A DNA stretch of 48,719 bases, from positions 1-48,719 of IMG/VR virus record IMGVR_UViG_3300032234_000538; one strand, written 5' to 3'. How positions within the stretch are numbered: position 1 is the first letter of the stretch; each line of letters starts with the position of its first letter. The DNA is from a virus (Duplodnaviria; Caudoviricetes). The notes under the pieces were generated by a model. The model made no database searches. It was not told the origin of the DNA and was given only the letters and a program-made list of their open reading frames with translations. Of this stretch, positions 35,452 through 44,040 are shown piece by piece. The translations under genes and the position numbers were made by a program.

Positions 35452-37710
35452 TTAGATGCTCATCTGTATCGGAGGCTGCTGGGTCTGGACCTGAGGGGCC
35501 TGAGCCTGAGCCTGACCTTCGGCGGCCGCGGCGGCCTCCTCCTCCTGAGCCTTGCCGAACTCCTCCTGAATCTTGTCAGACGCAGGAGATACGCCAACTC
35601 GTCCGATCTGCTTGTTCTTCTCCTGCTCAACAGAGAACTGAAGCTGCTTCATGTAGTTCTCGAGGAGTATCTGGAAGATGCGATCCCCCTGAGCCGCCTG
35701 CTGCGCCTTCGGATTCTTCGCGAGGATATCCTGAGCGAACTGAAGCTTGGAGGAGGCCTGCGGGTCATTTTCGACATACTGAGCCTCGTTGCCGAGCATC
35801 ATGAGGGCTATGTCATTGGTGACGTCCTTATACAGCTTCTGGGAGGCCGTAGCCTTGTCGATGACAAGCTCGCGGGCGGCATCCGGGCTGATGGACTCGA
35901 TGACGAGCTTAACAAGCTTGTCTCGATCGATTACGCCAGAGACGTCCAGAGGAACGACTGTTTCGACGATGGACTTGAGCTTTTCGCGCACGAAGTCCGG
36001 ATCGGCGTCCCTGACGTCGAACCTGACGTTCAGATCATATTGGGAGTGAATGTCGGACATGCCCTGCTTGAGGGGAGAGCCCGTGATCCTCACGACTTCC
36101 TCTTCCTCCATGAACTGAAGGCACAAGGAGAACATCTGGCTGAAGCATCTAGTCCAGAACATGAGCCAATTGTCGACCTGAAGCTGCTTCATCATCTGTA
36201 TCTTCACGGGGTCGATGGGCTTTTCTCCGACTTGGAAGCCGAAGTAATTGCCAAGATTCTTCTCAACCTGCTCGATGACTTGGAAGGCATACTCGGCGCG
36301 GCCGGCAGGGGGCTCCAGCCAAGTGTAGTCATCCTTGTTGGTGACGGGAAGGACCTGACCGGGTGCGATTCGATTAAGGGCGCCTATCCTCTTTACCACC
36401 TTGACCGGAGGAAGAACCTCGATAGCCGTCCTGTCCCTAATCGCGTCATGCTGAGCTTTGACTTCCTCCTGTTCGGTCTTGCATATCTCAGGTATGCCGC
36501 GGGACTCCGTCACCTGCCTACGGGAAGTCTCCATGCGAAGCTCGACGAACGGATACTGATTGTGCGCGTAGTTAAGAAGCTCCTGCTTTCCGTATAGCTC
36601 GCTGCCGACCTGAGGGCAGAATACGGTATAGTAGATCGCCGGTATGTTGTCCTTGTCGAGCTGCCTGTAGTAGGCCCACACCAGCTCAACCAGATTGTCT
36701 CCACGCTGGATGTTCGTATTGAGCATCGTCGTGGTAGGTATCAGGTTGGGGTCGTTGAAGTAATAATGGTTGCCCATCGTCCTGCTCGCGCTTTCGACGA
36801 ACTCCTTGTCCCATCCGTCAACCTCAGCCATGGACCTTAGCTCAACCTCGGTGACGTATTGCCTGCGGAATATGACTCGGGCCTTTTGAAGGTCGCTCGT
36901 CTCCGGGGGGAAGCACACCTCGTCGTAGGGCTTGAGAGCCGTGACGACGGGAAGGTTCTTGGCGACATAAGGCTCGTCGATGTATCCCGTTCCGGTCTCA
37001 CGCATGGATTTGACGCACTTCCTCAGGTCCTGCTCCTTGACGTTCGGAAGCAGCGAGGTCATCAGCTGAACGGCGTAATCGTCTTTGCCCGCCTGAATGG
37101 CAGCGACCAGATTGGTCATCATGGTCTCGCCGGCGTTCTGCATCTGGGCCTGCTGTGCGGCCATGGAAATCTCCTCAAGGCTGATGGACTGAGTCCTCTT
37201 GCCCATCTGACGATCCCAAGTGACCTGAACTATGGACCATCCATACTGAAGCATGTAATCGGCGTGAAGCTCGGCTTCCTTGTGGAGCTCAAGCTTCATC
37301 TTGGTCTCAATGAGCCACCTCATCAGGTTGGTAGCCGAGGCGGCGGCCATGGTGTCGCCTATCTCGGTGCCTCCGACCTTCAGGGTGCAGGCCTTGAACG
37401 AGTGCATCAACAGGGCCTTCTGCTCCCTGATCAGTCGATCCACCAGCCTGATTCGCACATCCGAAGCTCCCTCAAAAGGGAAAGCGGGATCACCATCCGG
37501 GCGGGCCCAGCTGTGCTTCTTTCCGTCGTCAGTCTGTCCGGACCATCGTGCGAGTCGTATGTCGTCGGCATAATTCATCTTCGACACCATGGTGCCGTGG
37601 AAAGCCGAACGCTGATACTCGTTCAGCAGGAACTGTATGTCCGGCACCCTGTTGTGGAATGCCAGCTGGTCGCGCTGATTAGGGTGATTCTTGTATTTGA
37701 TCGAGGCCAT
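35452..37710 (-). CDS. Portal protein
   Basis: 752 aa after terL. PFEGASDVR, YPFVEL...ESRGIPE and a Gln-rich C-terminal barrel as in podoviral portals. Confidence 0.85.
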   Translation of the reverse strand: MASIKYKNHPNQRDQLAFHNRVPDIQFLLNEYQRSAFHGTMVSKMNYADDIRLARWSGQTDDGKKHSWARPDGDPAFPFEGASDVRIRLVDRLIREQKALLMHSFKACTLKVGGTEIGDTMAAASATNLMRWLIETKMKLELHKEAELHADYMLQYGWSIVQVTWDRQMGKRTQSISLEEISMAAQQAQMQNAGETMMTNLVAAIQAGKDDYAVQLMTSLLPNVKEQDLRKCVKSMRETGTGYIDEPYVAKNLPVVTALKPYDEVCFPPETSDLQKARVIFRRQYVTEVELRSMAEVDGWDKEFVESASRTMGNHYYFNDPNLIPTTTMLNTNIQRGDNLVELVWAYYRQLDKDNIPAIYYTVFCPQVGSELYGKQELLNYAHNQYPFVELRMETSRRQVTESRGIPEICKTEQEEVKAQHDAIRDRTAIEVLPPVKVVKRIGALNRIAPGQVLPVTNKDDYTWLEPPAGRAEYAFQVIEQVEKNLGNYFGFQVGEKPIDPVKIQMMKQLQVDNWLMFWTRCFSQMFSLCLQFMEEEEVVRITGSPLKQGMSDIHSQYDLNVRFDVRDADPDFVREKLKSIVETVVPLDVSGVIDRDKLVKLVIESISPDAARELVIDKATASQKLYKDVTNDIALMMLGNEAQYVENDPQASSKLQFAQDILAKNPKAQQAAQGDRIFQILLENYMKQLQFSVEQEKNKQIGRVGVSPASDKIQEEFGKAQEEEAAAAAEGQAQAQAPQVQTQQPPIQMSI

Positions 37711-37897
37711 TGGTGTTCTTGGTTATGAAATTGGTGAGGTCGTCGCGATAGAACATGAACTGACCTCCTTCGGTCTTGTAGGTTCGTATCGCGCCCTTTC
37801 TCCTAAGCCTGAGAAGCGTCGATTTGCTCAAGTTGAAGACGATGGATGCTTCGGCGAGCCTGAGGAGAGGGGGAGTGTTTGAGGGTAGGTTTAGCAT
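37679..37897 (-). CDS. Excisionase/MerR-like winged HTH protein
   Basis: LLRLAEASIVFNLSKSTLLRLRRKGAIRTYKTEGGQFMFYRDDL is an HTH_17-like pattern. Confidence 0.75.
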   Translation of the reverse strand: MLNLPSNTPPLLRLAEASIVFNLSKSTLLRLRRKGAIRTYKTEGGQFMFYRDDLTNFITKNTNGLDQIQESP

Positions 37898-37901
37898 GGG
37901 A

Positions 37902-39497
37902 TTAATAGCTTCCTCCTCCGACGGCCTTGAAGGTCTTGTCGTCCGAGTAACCGGGCTGCATCACAGCCAGATACCTCATGCAGTCGACCGGGTCCTTGCT
38001 CGCACCCTTCTCTCCGTCTAGCCCTGTCCATTCGCGCAGGCACCAGATGGTGTTTATGCAGTCTTCGGATATGTAAAGTTTCGGCTGGTTGACTGAGCTG
38101 ATCGGGCTGTTCTGGTCATACGAGAACCAATCGTTCAGTATGCCGACGCCCTCTTCCAGCCTGAGTCCGGCGGCGGGAGTGAACCACATCGGGTTCGGCT
38201 CGTCTTCAAGGAGCTGGATAAGCGTTACTCCGCCCTCCTTGTTTATCGCCGTAGCGTTGCCGGCTCTAGGGTCGATGTATCTCTCAAAGAGCTCCTCTCC
38301 CTCCTCGAGGGATCGTATGTGCTCCTTGATCTCTATGACTCCCATTCCTGCCCCTTGTCGCTGGGCTGGTCCGGGCTTTCCGTCTGGCTTCTCCCCGTTA
38401 AGCGCCCACTCGCCCATGCTAATGTCAGGCCACTCGCGGTAAATGTATCGGTTTCCGTCCTTGTCGACCCGCATCCAGCACATGAACCAATTTCTAGCTC
38501 CGGCCGGGTCTACGGCCATGTAGTTGGTTCCCTCCTTGGGTATCTTGTCGGCCGGTATTATGTTGGGCTCGCCGAACCGAGGGAACTGAGAGCCTGACAG
38601 AGATTCGGCCCATCCGTAGGCTCGTATCTTTACTTCATACGGGCCTCGCCCTCGAAGTGCCAATTTGATCTGCTCGAACGGCGAATAGCTGTTCAGTATC
38701 GAGTGGAACCAGATGACGTTTGCCGACCCCTTTAGGCACGACGCCGTATATGGCATGTGCCCCTTGGGTATGTTGGGGACGTTCTGCGTGTCTGGCAGTA
38801 GGTCCGCCTTCAAGGTCTTCTTGAATCGGCACCCGGAGACATACTCCTTAACCACGGGCGTGTATCCCGTGATAGGGGTGAAGGTCAGGAGCATCTTGCC
38901 CGACCTAGTGACCAATCGGTATCGGAGCGTCTCCACCCAATCCGGCGGAACAAGCTCGTCGCACCAGATCATGTCCGGCTCGCCGCCTTCAATGACCTTC
39001 TTCTCCTGCCCGTAGTTCATGAAGAAGCATTGGGACCTGTTCGGCAGAACGAACGTGGCGTCCGTGAATCCGTTCTTCTGCGAGTATTGGATGTTGGTGA
39101 CCTTGGTCTTCTTGGCGTTCTTGAACTCCGGGGGCATGTATTTCCAGATGACGGCCTGTTGCATCTGGATCGAAGTCTGGGATGTGGTATGCAGGCACCA
39201 TATGCGCGAGTTCGGCCTGCTGCAAAGAAGCTGCATTATTCTCTTGGCGGCATACTCGGTCTTTCCTGCTCGGTTGCCTCCCATTATCAGGAGCTCGTTT
39301 CCGCCCATCAAAAGTCCGTCGGCTTCACGCCAATGGTCCGGCTCGTATCCGTGGCGGTATGGGTCGTTGACCTCCGCCTTTATTTTTTCCTCGCGACGAC
39401 GGAGGACCTCCACGACGCCCTCCGGTCCTATCTCCCTCGCCAGCTCGATCAGGTCATCCTTGGACGGAGTGTGTATGATGGGATGCTTGGTCACCAT
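37902..39497 (-). CDS. terL: Terminase large subunit
   Basis: Walker A GGNRAGKT, Walker B IWCDE, LLTFTP, nuclease VDPAG...DPVDCMRY. Start uncertain (ATG 39497 versus TTG 39563). Confidence 0.93.
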   Translation of the reverse strand: MVTKHPIIHTPSKDDLIELAREIGPEGVVEVLRRREEKIKAEVNDPYRHGYEPDHWREADGLLMGGNELLIMGGNRAGKTEYAAKRIMQLLCSRPNSRIWCLHTTSQTSIQMQQAVIWKYMPPEFKNAKKTKVTNIQYSQKNGFTDATFVLPNRSQCFFMNYGQEKKVIEGGEPDMIWCDELVPPDWVETLRYRLVTRSGKMLLTFTPITGYTPVVKEYVSGCRFKKTLKADLLPDTQNVPNIPKGHMPYTASCLKGSANVIWFHSILNSYSPFEQIKLALRGRGPYEVKIRAYGWAESLSGSQFPRFGEPNIIPADKIPKEGTNYMAVDPAGARNWFMCWMRVDKDGNRYIYREWPDISMGEWALNGEKPDGKPGPAQRQGAGMGVIEIKEHIRSLEEGEELFERYIDPRAGNATAINKEGGVTLIQLLEDEPNPMWFTPAAGLRLEEGVGILNDWFSYDQNSPISSVNQPKLYISEDCINTIWCLREWTGLDGEKGASKDPVDCMRYLAVMQPGYSDDKTFKAVGGGSY

Positions 39498-39538
39498 CAA
39501 CGGAGCCTCCCTCGTCCCTATGTTGACCTGATCGAAGC

Positions 39539-40402
39539 TCACGAAAGTATGTAGGACCTCCAATACCTTCCATACTGCTGAATCGTCCTGTCCGTGGCCA
39601 CGCTTCCGTCGTTCCTACCCCTAGGAATGCCGTCTTGGCCGGCCGAGAACGTATGAACGGTTGGCCGCGCGCCATCAAACGTCATCGTCTGAAATGTTAT
39701 CCCGCCCACGGGCATCATCGGCAACGTCGGGAAAGAAGTCGGAACGGAATGCGTCTGTCTGGCGGCCGACAGGCCGCCATCGTTTTTCTTTTTTTCCCGC
39801 TCCTTGCGCTCATAAGCCCGGGCAAGGGTCCGATATTTCTGCATTCCAGCTCCCCACCTGACGGCATTGAGCTGTTCGCGGAACGAAGCCCCTATCCCGA
39901 GATGTGGGCCTGTTTTTTGTCCGCCAGCGGCGATGATGCCATCGGCACCGGATCCCAGCGACGTGTATCCCCCTTTTCTTTGGCCGCCGGCGGCGATGAT
40001 TCCGGCAGCTCCATCTCCTATCCTCTGGACGGTTCCGATCTGGACTCCGCCACGGTCTATTATTCCTTGGGCTGACATGCCCTCGGAGACAGACTCGAAG
40101 TAGTCTCTCTGGGACTTGACGTAGGCGCTCCTCTGCTGGAGCGACCTGAAGTCATTCACCTCCTGAGAGCGCTTGGCGTCGTCGGCCGCGAACTTCGCGT
40201 CCATCGCCTCTGCGGTGTCAGGACTTTCAGCGGGCTTGTTGGCATTGGCTCTTTCCTCCCTCCCCTTGCGTATCTGCTCGTCTAGGTTGGACTGATACTG
40301 AGCGTCGGCCTGACGCTTCTCGAACTCAGCCCTCCTTGCTCCGAACATCCAATTAGGAGCGTCGGGGTCGCTTCCGCTTCCTCTTCCGCTGTTATCGGCC
40401 AC
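39539..40402 (-). CDS. Hypothetical protein
   Basis: 287 aa, GTG start abutting the upstream stop, with an internal GIIAAGGQ duplication. Confidence 0.55.
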   Translation of the reverse strand: MADNSGRGSGSDPDAPNWMFGARRAEFEKRQADAQYQSNLDEQIRKGREERANANKPAESPDTAEAMDAKFAADDAKRSQEVNDFRSLQQRSAYVKSQRDYFESVSEGMSAQGIIDRGGVQIGTVQRIGDGAAGIIAAGGQRKGGYTSLGSGADGIIAAGGQKTGPHLGIGASFREQLNAVRWGAGMQKYRTLARAYERKEREKKKNDGGLSAARQTHSVPTSFPTLPMMPVGGITFQTMTFDGARPTVHTFSAGQDGIPRGRNDGSVATDRTIQQYGRYWRSYILS

Positions 40403-40513
40403 TTACTTGCAGCCCTTGTAGTCCTTCCACCCCTTGCCACAGGAAGATCCCTTGCAGGACTTGCCGCTCTTGGAGTTTCCGGACTTATCGTTACCTTTGT
40501 AGGTCTTGCTCAT
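40403..40513 (-). CDS. 36-aa basic Lys/Gly/Ser/Cys peptide
   Basis: Not in the ORF track. MSKTYKGNDKSGNSKSGKSCKGSSCGKGWKDYKGCK fills the gap between neighbours exactly. Confidence 0.5.
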   Translation of the reverse strand: MSKTYKGNDKSGNSKSGKSCKGSSCGKGWKDYKGCK

Positions 40514-40952
40514 TGTGTTTGCGCCTGATGGCTGTGAAAAGTTTCTGGGGGCTGTCAGGGCGAAGCGAGCATATCAGCTTGCTTCCCTTCCGGTCGACGA
40601 GGATTTCGGCTCCGGGGTAGAACAACCTTGCGTCGCTCACTATGACGTTATGGGACTTGCCGTCAATAAGGACAGTCATGATACGGTGATTGGGCCAATT
40701 GTTCCGCGAGACGACTCCGACCTTCGGCCAAGAGTCCTGCGGAGTATCTTTGATGCCGAACTTCTCGTAGACCTTCTTCAGTCCTACGTCCGTGAAGACG
40801 ATCGGGCACATGTGCTCGGGCTTGTCGCCCTGCCTGAGCCGGTTCCAATCGACGGAGGCTTTAAGGCTGTCGCGCCGGAAACGAACCATCTCGTCTCTAG
40901 GCAATCCGAACCGGGCTATTATGTCCTTCTCAGTCTGTGTGGTGTGACTCAT
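40491..40952 (-). CDS. Hypothetical protein
   Basis: 153-aa ORF overlapping the end of rusA. Confidence 0.65.
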   Translation of the reverse strand: MSHTTQTEKDIIARFGLPRDEMVRFRRDSLKASVDWNRLRQGDKPEHMCPIVFTDVGLKKVYEKFGIKDTPQDSWPKVGVVSRNNWPNHRIMTVLIDGKSHNVIVSDARLFYPGAEILVDRKGSKLICSLRPDSPQKLFTAIRRKHNEQDLQR

Positions 40953-41427
40953 AAAGTGCGTCGACGAAGGCCTCGTCGATCCAAGGTGCCGGGCATACGC
41001 GGATGCCGACGAACGGTTTGTGGTGCCTGCACTTCACGACCTGTCCGAAGACGACCTGACAATCGTCGTGCCAGAACCCTTCCTTCGTCATGACGTCGCA
41101 GATGGTCTTGGGCAGGTTGTCCCAATCCGGTTTGACCGTGTGTGGCAGGCTCTTGCGCTTGTCGCCCTTGTTCAGGGGGAAGGCAAACGTCATCCTGAGC
41201 CAAAGCGGACCTTCGAGCGGCTTGTCGGGCTTATACTTCCGGATACGCAGGGCGAACTCCTGACCCCAGATCTTAATCTTGGATTTGGAGGTCTTGCCGA
41301 TGAACTGACGGCCGTCCTTGGTCTTCATGATCCGAAGGTCGGCTTGGTGCGTCGTCCTGATAGGTTCGACGTCTACCGTGAAATCGACGCGAAGGGGATC
41401 GCGCCCGGTGAGCTCCCTCGTTGACAT
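40930..41427 (-). CDS. rusA: RusA-family Holliday junction resolvase
   Basis: PLEGPL...F.FP...HTVKPDWDNLPKTICDVMT...WHDDCQVV...K signature. Likely ATG at 41427. Confidence 0.9.
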   Translation of the reverse strand: MSTRELTGRDPLRVDFTVDVEPIRTTHQADLRIMKTKDGRQFIGKTSKSKIKIWGQEFALRIRKYKPDKPLEGPLWLRMTFAFPLNKGDKRKSLPHTVKPDWDNLPKTICDVMTKEGFWHDDCQVVFGQVVKCRHHKPFVGIRVCPAPWIDEAFVDALYESHHTD

Positions 41428-41463
41428 GGGCGTAATAACGAAGACACTACGAAACCATGTCAA
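41421..41463. promoter_or_regulatory. Inverted repeat / overlapping divergent promoters
   Basis: TTGACATGG (41421-41429) and CCATGTCAA (41455-41463). Each TTGACA lies 30 nt before the ATG on its own strand. The -10 boxes are weak. Confidence 0.5.
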
Positions 41464-42080
41464 ACGATAATGGACGTCTGGATACGTCGCCGAGCTCAGA
41501 TCACAACGCCTCGCGCGTCGACCCAGCGCGCCGGCAGGCAGTCGAAGAGCTCCTGAGGGCCGGCAGGCCGATCGACGAGATCGCGAAGCTCCAACGCATG
41601 TCGCCGAACAACGTCATGGCCATCAAAAGGTCGATGCCGGAGTCCACCGGGCTGAACGACGAGTTCAAGGCGGCCACAGTCCGGAACCTGAAGTCCTTCG
41701 TCCAGCAGGCCAGCCAGAAGCTGGTCGACGAGCTCGACTCCCTGCACGTCTCCCAGATCCCAATCGCCATGGGTATCGCCATAGACAAGATTCAGGCCCT
41801 CCAAGACCAGCCTCAGGCGGTCGTCGAACACAGATTCACGATTGACCACAAATCCCTTGACCAACTGCTCAAAAGCAGGGGTAAGGACCTGAAGAGCGCG
41901 AAGGAAGTCGTCATAGACGGCCAATTTGAGGTGTCCAAGCCGGAGGAAACCGCGAAGTTCCTCACTTGGGCCAAGGACCCTAAGGGGGATTTTTTGGATA
42001 TCGGCAATACGTCTAGCAACCCGTCAGCGGAAACTACGCCTACCAACGATCGACCCCCCCCGCCCCCTAAAGATGAGTGA
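41457..42080 (+). CDS. HTH protein, candidate terminase small subunit
   Basis: N-terminal HTH (ELLRAGRPIDEIAKLQRMSPNNVMAIK), helical IPIAMGIAIDKIQAL region and VVEHRF strand. Near terL but on the opposite strand. Confidence 0.55.
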   Translation: MSNDNGRLDTSPSSDHNASRVDPARRQAVEELLRAGRPIDEIAKLQRMSPNNVMAIKRSMPESTGLNDEFKAATVRNLKSFVQQASQKLVDELDSLHVSQIPIAMGIAIDKIQALQDQPQAVVEHRFTIDHKSLDQLLKSRGKDLKSAKEVVIDGQFEVSKPEETAKFLTWAKDPKGDFLDIGNTSSNPSAETTPTNDRPPPPPKDE

Positions 42081-42290
42081 TGGACGTCGGATTTGATTTC
42101 GCACAAGATCCATTATGTCTAATTGATGCACCAATATGAGTCCAAAGGTCATCATATCGTGCTCTGACCGGTCAATCTGATCGATACCCACTTGACAAGG
42201 GGTCGTTCTTTAGGAGGCTACCAGCTAGGGGTCACGCGTTAATATCGATACTAGCTCAATCCCAATCGGCTCAGAACGTCGAGCTAAGCG

Positions 42291-42782
42291 CTAACCGGTA
42301 GTAACCTCATCCTTGCCCTGATCGGGCTTCCTGAGGCATCCTAGGCTATGGAAACGGGCCATGGGAAGAACGACCATTTCCTCGATGGCATTGGGGTCAT
42401 CTGGTCGGTCATTACGTCCGGCTTGGATGACCTTGGGATAGAACTGCTCATGTCCTACCTTGGTGTATCTGACCTTGTCCGACTTGGCACAATGGACGAC
42501 TAGGAAGGCAGGCCTATCTGTCGTGTTGCTTAGGTCGATCAGGTAGTCCCACTTGGCCTTGGACAGCCAATAGTCAGGCCTGTGCTCGGACCGGCATTTG
42601 ACCTCGACGTAGGCATGGGCATACATGCGGTCATCCTTGTGGTCATGCCTGCACAGCGCGTAGTCATGCTGGGCCATTGGATGACTGATGACCGGAACAG
42701 CTCTCCAATGTAGCGCTACAAAATCTATGACCTCCTGCTGGCGACGTCGATCTGAATGGCTCTCATAGATTGGGATAGACAT
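42291..42782 (-). CDS. PD-(D/E)XK-like endonuclease
   Basis: HDYAL...YVEVKCR...LSKAKW motif arrangement. Confidence 0.7.
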   Translation of the reverse strand: MSIPIYESHSDRRRQQEVIDFVALHWRAVPVISHPMAQHDYALCRHDHKDDRMYAHAYVEVKCRSEHRPDYWLSKAKWDYLIDLSNTTDRPAFLVVHCAKSDKVRYTKVGHEQFYPKVIQAGRNDRPDDPNAIEEMVVLPMARFHSLGCLRKPDQGKDEVTTG

Positions 42783-42812
42783 GTGGCGTGGTCTGATCTG
42801 AATTGAATCGCC

Positions 42813-43211
42813 ATGACACGCAAACAGAAAAACGGAAGACGTAAGAACAACAACAAAATCAAGGCTCGGGTAAGCACATGCCCGGCTGACAAACTCTCAG
42901 CTGACGTGCCGGCCAAGCATCGCACTCACTTCGATGATGTGCTCGACATTGAAGAGGGCTTGCATGGTTGCATCATGCTCGAGCCGCGCGAACAGCTCGA
43001 CGATGCAATCGTAGGATGGGACATGGACTCGAACCATGTGATCTACAGCTACGAGAAGCTGGTGGCCGCATTCTATCATGCCTTCGATGACGTCGATGAG
43101 GACGACAGGTTGCAGACTGCGATTGAATGGGTAGATTATAATGTCGTGCGTGGCGTCGCATACATGGGTGAACGCAAGCCCGTGATAATACGAACCGGCG
43201 AGCGCGAGTGA
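42813..43211 (+). CDS. Hypothetical phage protein
   Basis: LDDAIVG...VIYSYEKLV...AIEWVDYNV...YMGERKPVI is a pattern I recognise from small phage proteins. Start uncertain. Confidence 0.7.
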   Translation: MTRKQKNGRRKNNNKIKARVSTCPADKLSADVPAKHRTHFDDVLDIEEGLHGCIMLEPREQLDDAIVGWDMDSNHVIYSYEKLVAAFYHAFDDVDEDDRLQTAIEWVDYNVVRGVAYMGERKPVIIRTGERE

Positions 43212-43217
43212 TTTGCA

Positions 43218-43293
43218 GGGCCCATAGCTCAATGGTTAGAGCAGTCCCCTCATAAGGGATTGGTTCTCGGTTCAAGTCCGGGTGGGCCCACCA
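43218..43293 (+). tRNA. tRNA with CAT anticodon, probably tRNA-Ile2 (lysidine type)
   Basis: Acceptor GGGCCCA/TGGGCCC, A73 and encoded CCA. C4:G69 and C5:G68 are TilS determinants. Paired 1:72 and no GGG/CCC initiator stem, so not fMet. Elongator Met cannot be excluded. Confidence 0.9.
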
Positions 43294-43344
43294 AATTGAT
43301 TTCATTGGATATCAGCCACTTACGGATATCTGAGCGAATAATGG

Positions 43345-43382
43345 GTCAAATACGTTGACACAGCTCACATGCTGGTCAAAGT
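43345..43382 (+). promoter_or_regulatory. Putative early promoter/operator
   Basis: Perfect TTGACA at 43355-43360 within a GTCAA-n5-TTGAC palindrome. GGTCAAA occurs twice. -10 is weak (CAAAGT). Upstream of the early operon. Confidence 0.45.
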
Positions 43383-43406
43383 CATTGGCTCACACGCATC
43401 ACGCAT

Positions 43407-43595
43407 ATGAAAGACAAGATATCAATGGCTCGGCTTGAAAAGCTGGTCGAGCGTCACAACGAACTCCGCAGGGACATGAACAAGGCCGAGCTTGAGATCC
43501 AAGCTCACATCAACAACCGCATCAAAAATGCGAAGTCGGCCGAACTCAACAAACTGTGGGTCCTCACCCAGAAGCTCCGCTACGCCAATGCCTAA
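43407..43595 (+). CDS. Small coiled-coil hypothetical protein
   Basis: 62 aa, first gene after the putative promoter. Confidence 0.65.
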   Translation: MKDKISMARLEKLVERHNELRRDMNKAELEIQAHINNRIKNAKSAELNKLWVLTQKLRYANA

Positions 43596-44022
43596 TTGGG
43601 TAATGAATGACTTCGTGGCGTTCGCCGCCACGCGTGAAGAGCTCGACGCTCTTCTCGACACCATCCTCAGCAAGTCTGAGAAAGGGGAAGCCACCTTCGG
43701 TCGGCTCTTCCCGGACTACGACCCCAAGCGTGAAGATTGGTATGATTGGAACGTGAAGAACCTCGGCACCAAGTGGGAGCCTACGGATCTGGACGTCTAT
43801 GGCCCGATCAACGCAGACAAGGCATATGGTCCACGCTCATGGCGTCTTGACCTTGTGTTCTCGAGCGCATGGAGTCCGCCTCTCGGCATCATGCACAAGA
43901 TTGCCGAACGCTTCCCCAAGCTGAAGTTCCGCATCAGGTATGATGAGCCGGGCATGGCCTTCAAAGGCCATCAATGGTGGAACAACGGCAAGATGACCAA
44001 GGACGTGTCCGTCGACTACTAA
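43588..44022 (+). CDS. YubB/DUF1281-like ferredoxin-fold protein
   Basis: MPNWVMN start (ATG 43588), WYDWNVKNLGTKWE, FSSAWSPP and YDEPGMAFKG. Confidence 0.8.
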   Translation: MPNWVMNDFVAFAATREELDALLDTILSKSEKGEATFGRLFPDYDPKREDWYDWNVKNLGTKWEPTDLDVYGPINADKAYGPRSWRLDLVFSSAWSPPLGIMHKIAERFPKLKFRIRYDEPGMAFKGHQWWNNGKMTKDVSVDY

Positions 44023-44040
44023 TTTCCCCCAACACACAAC

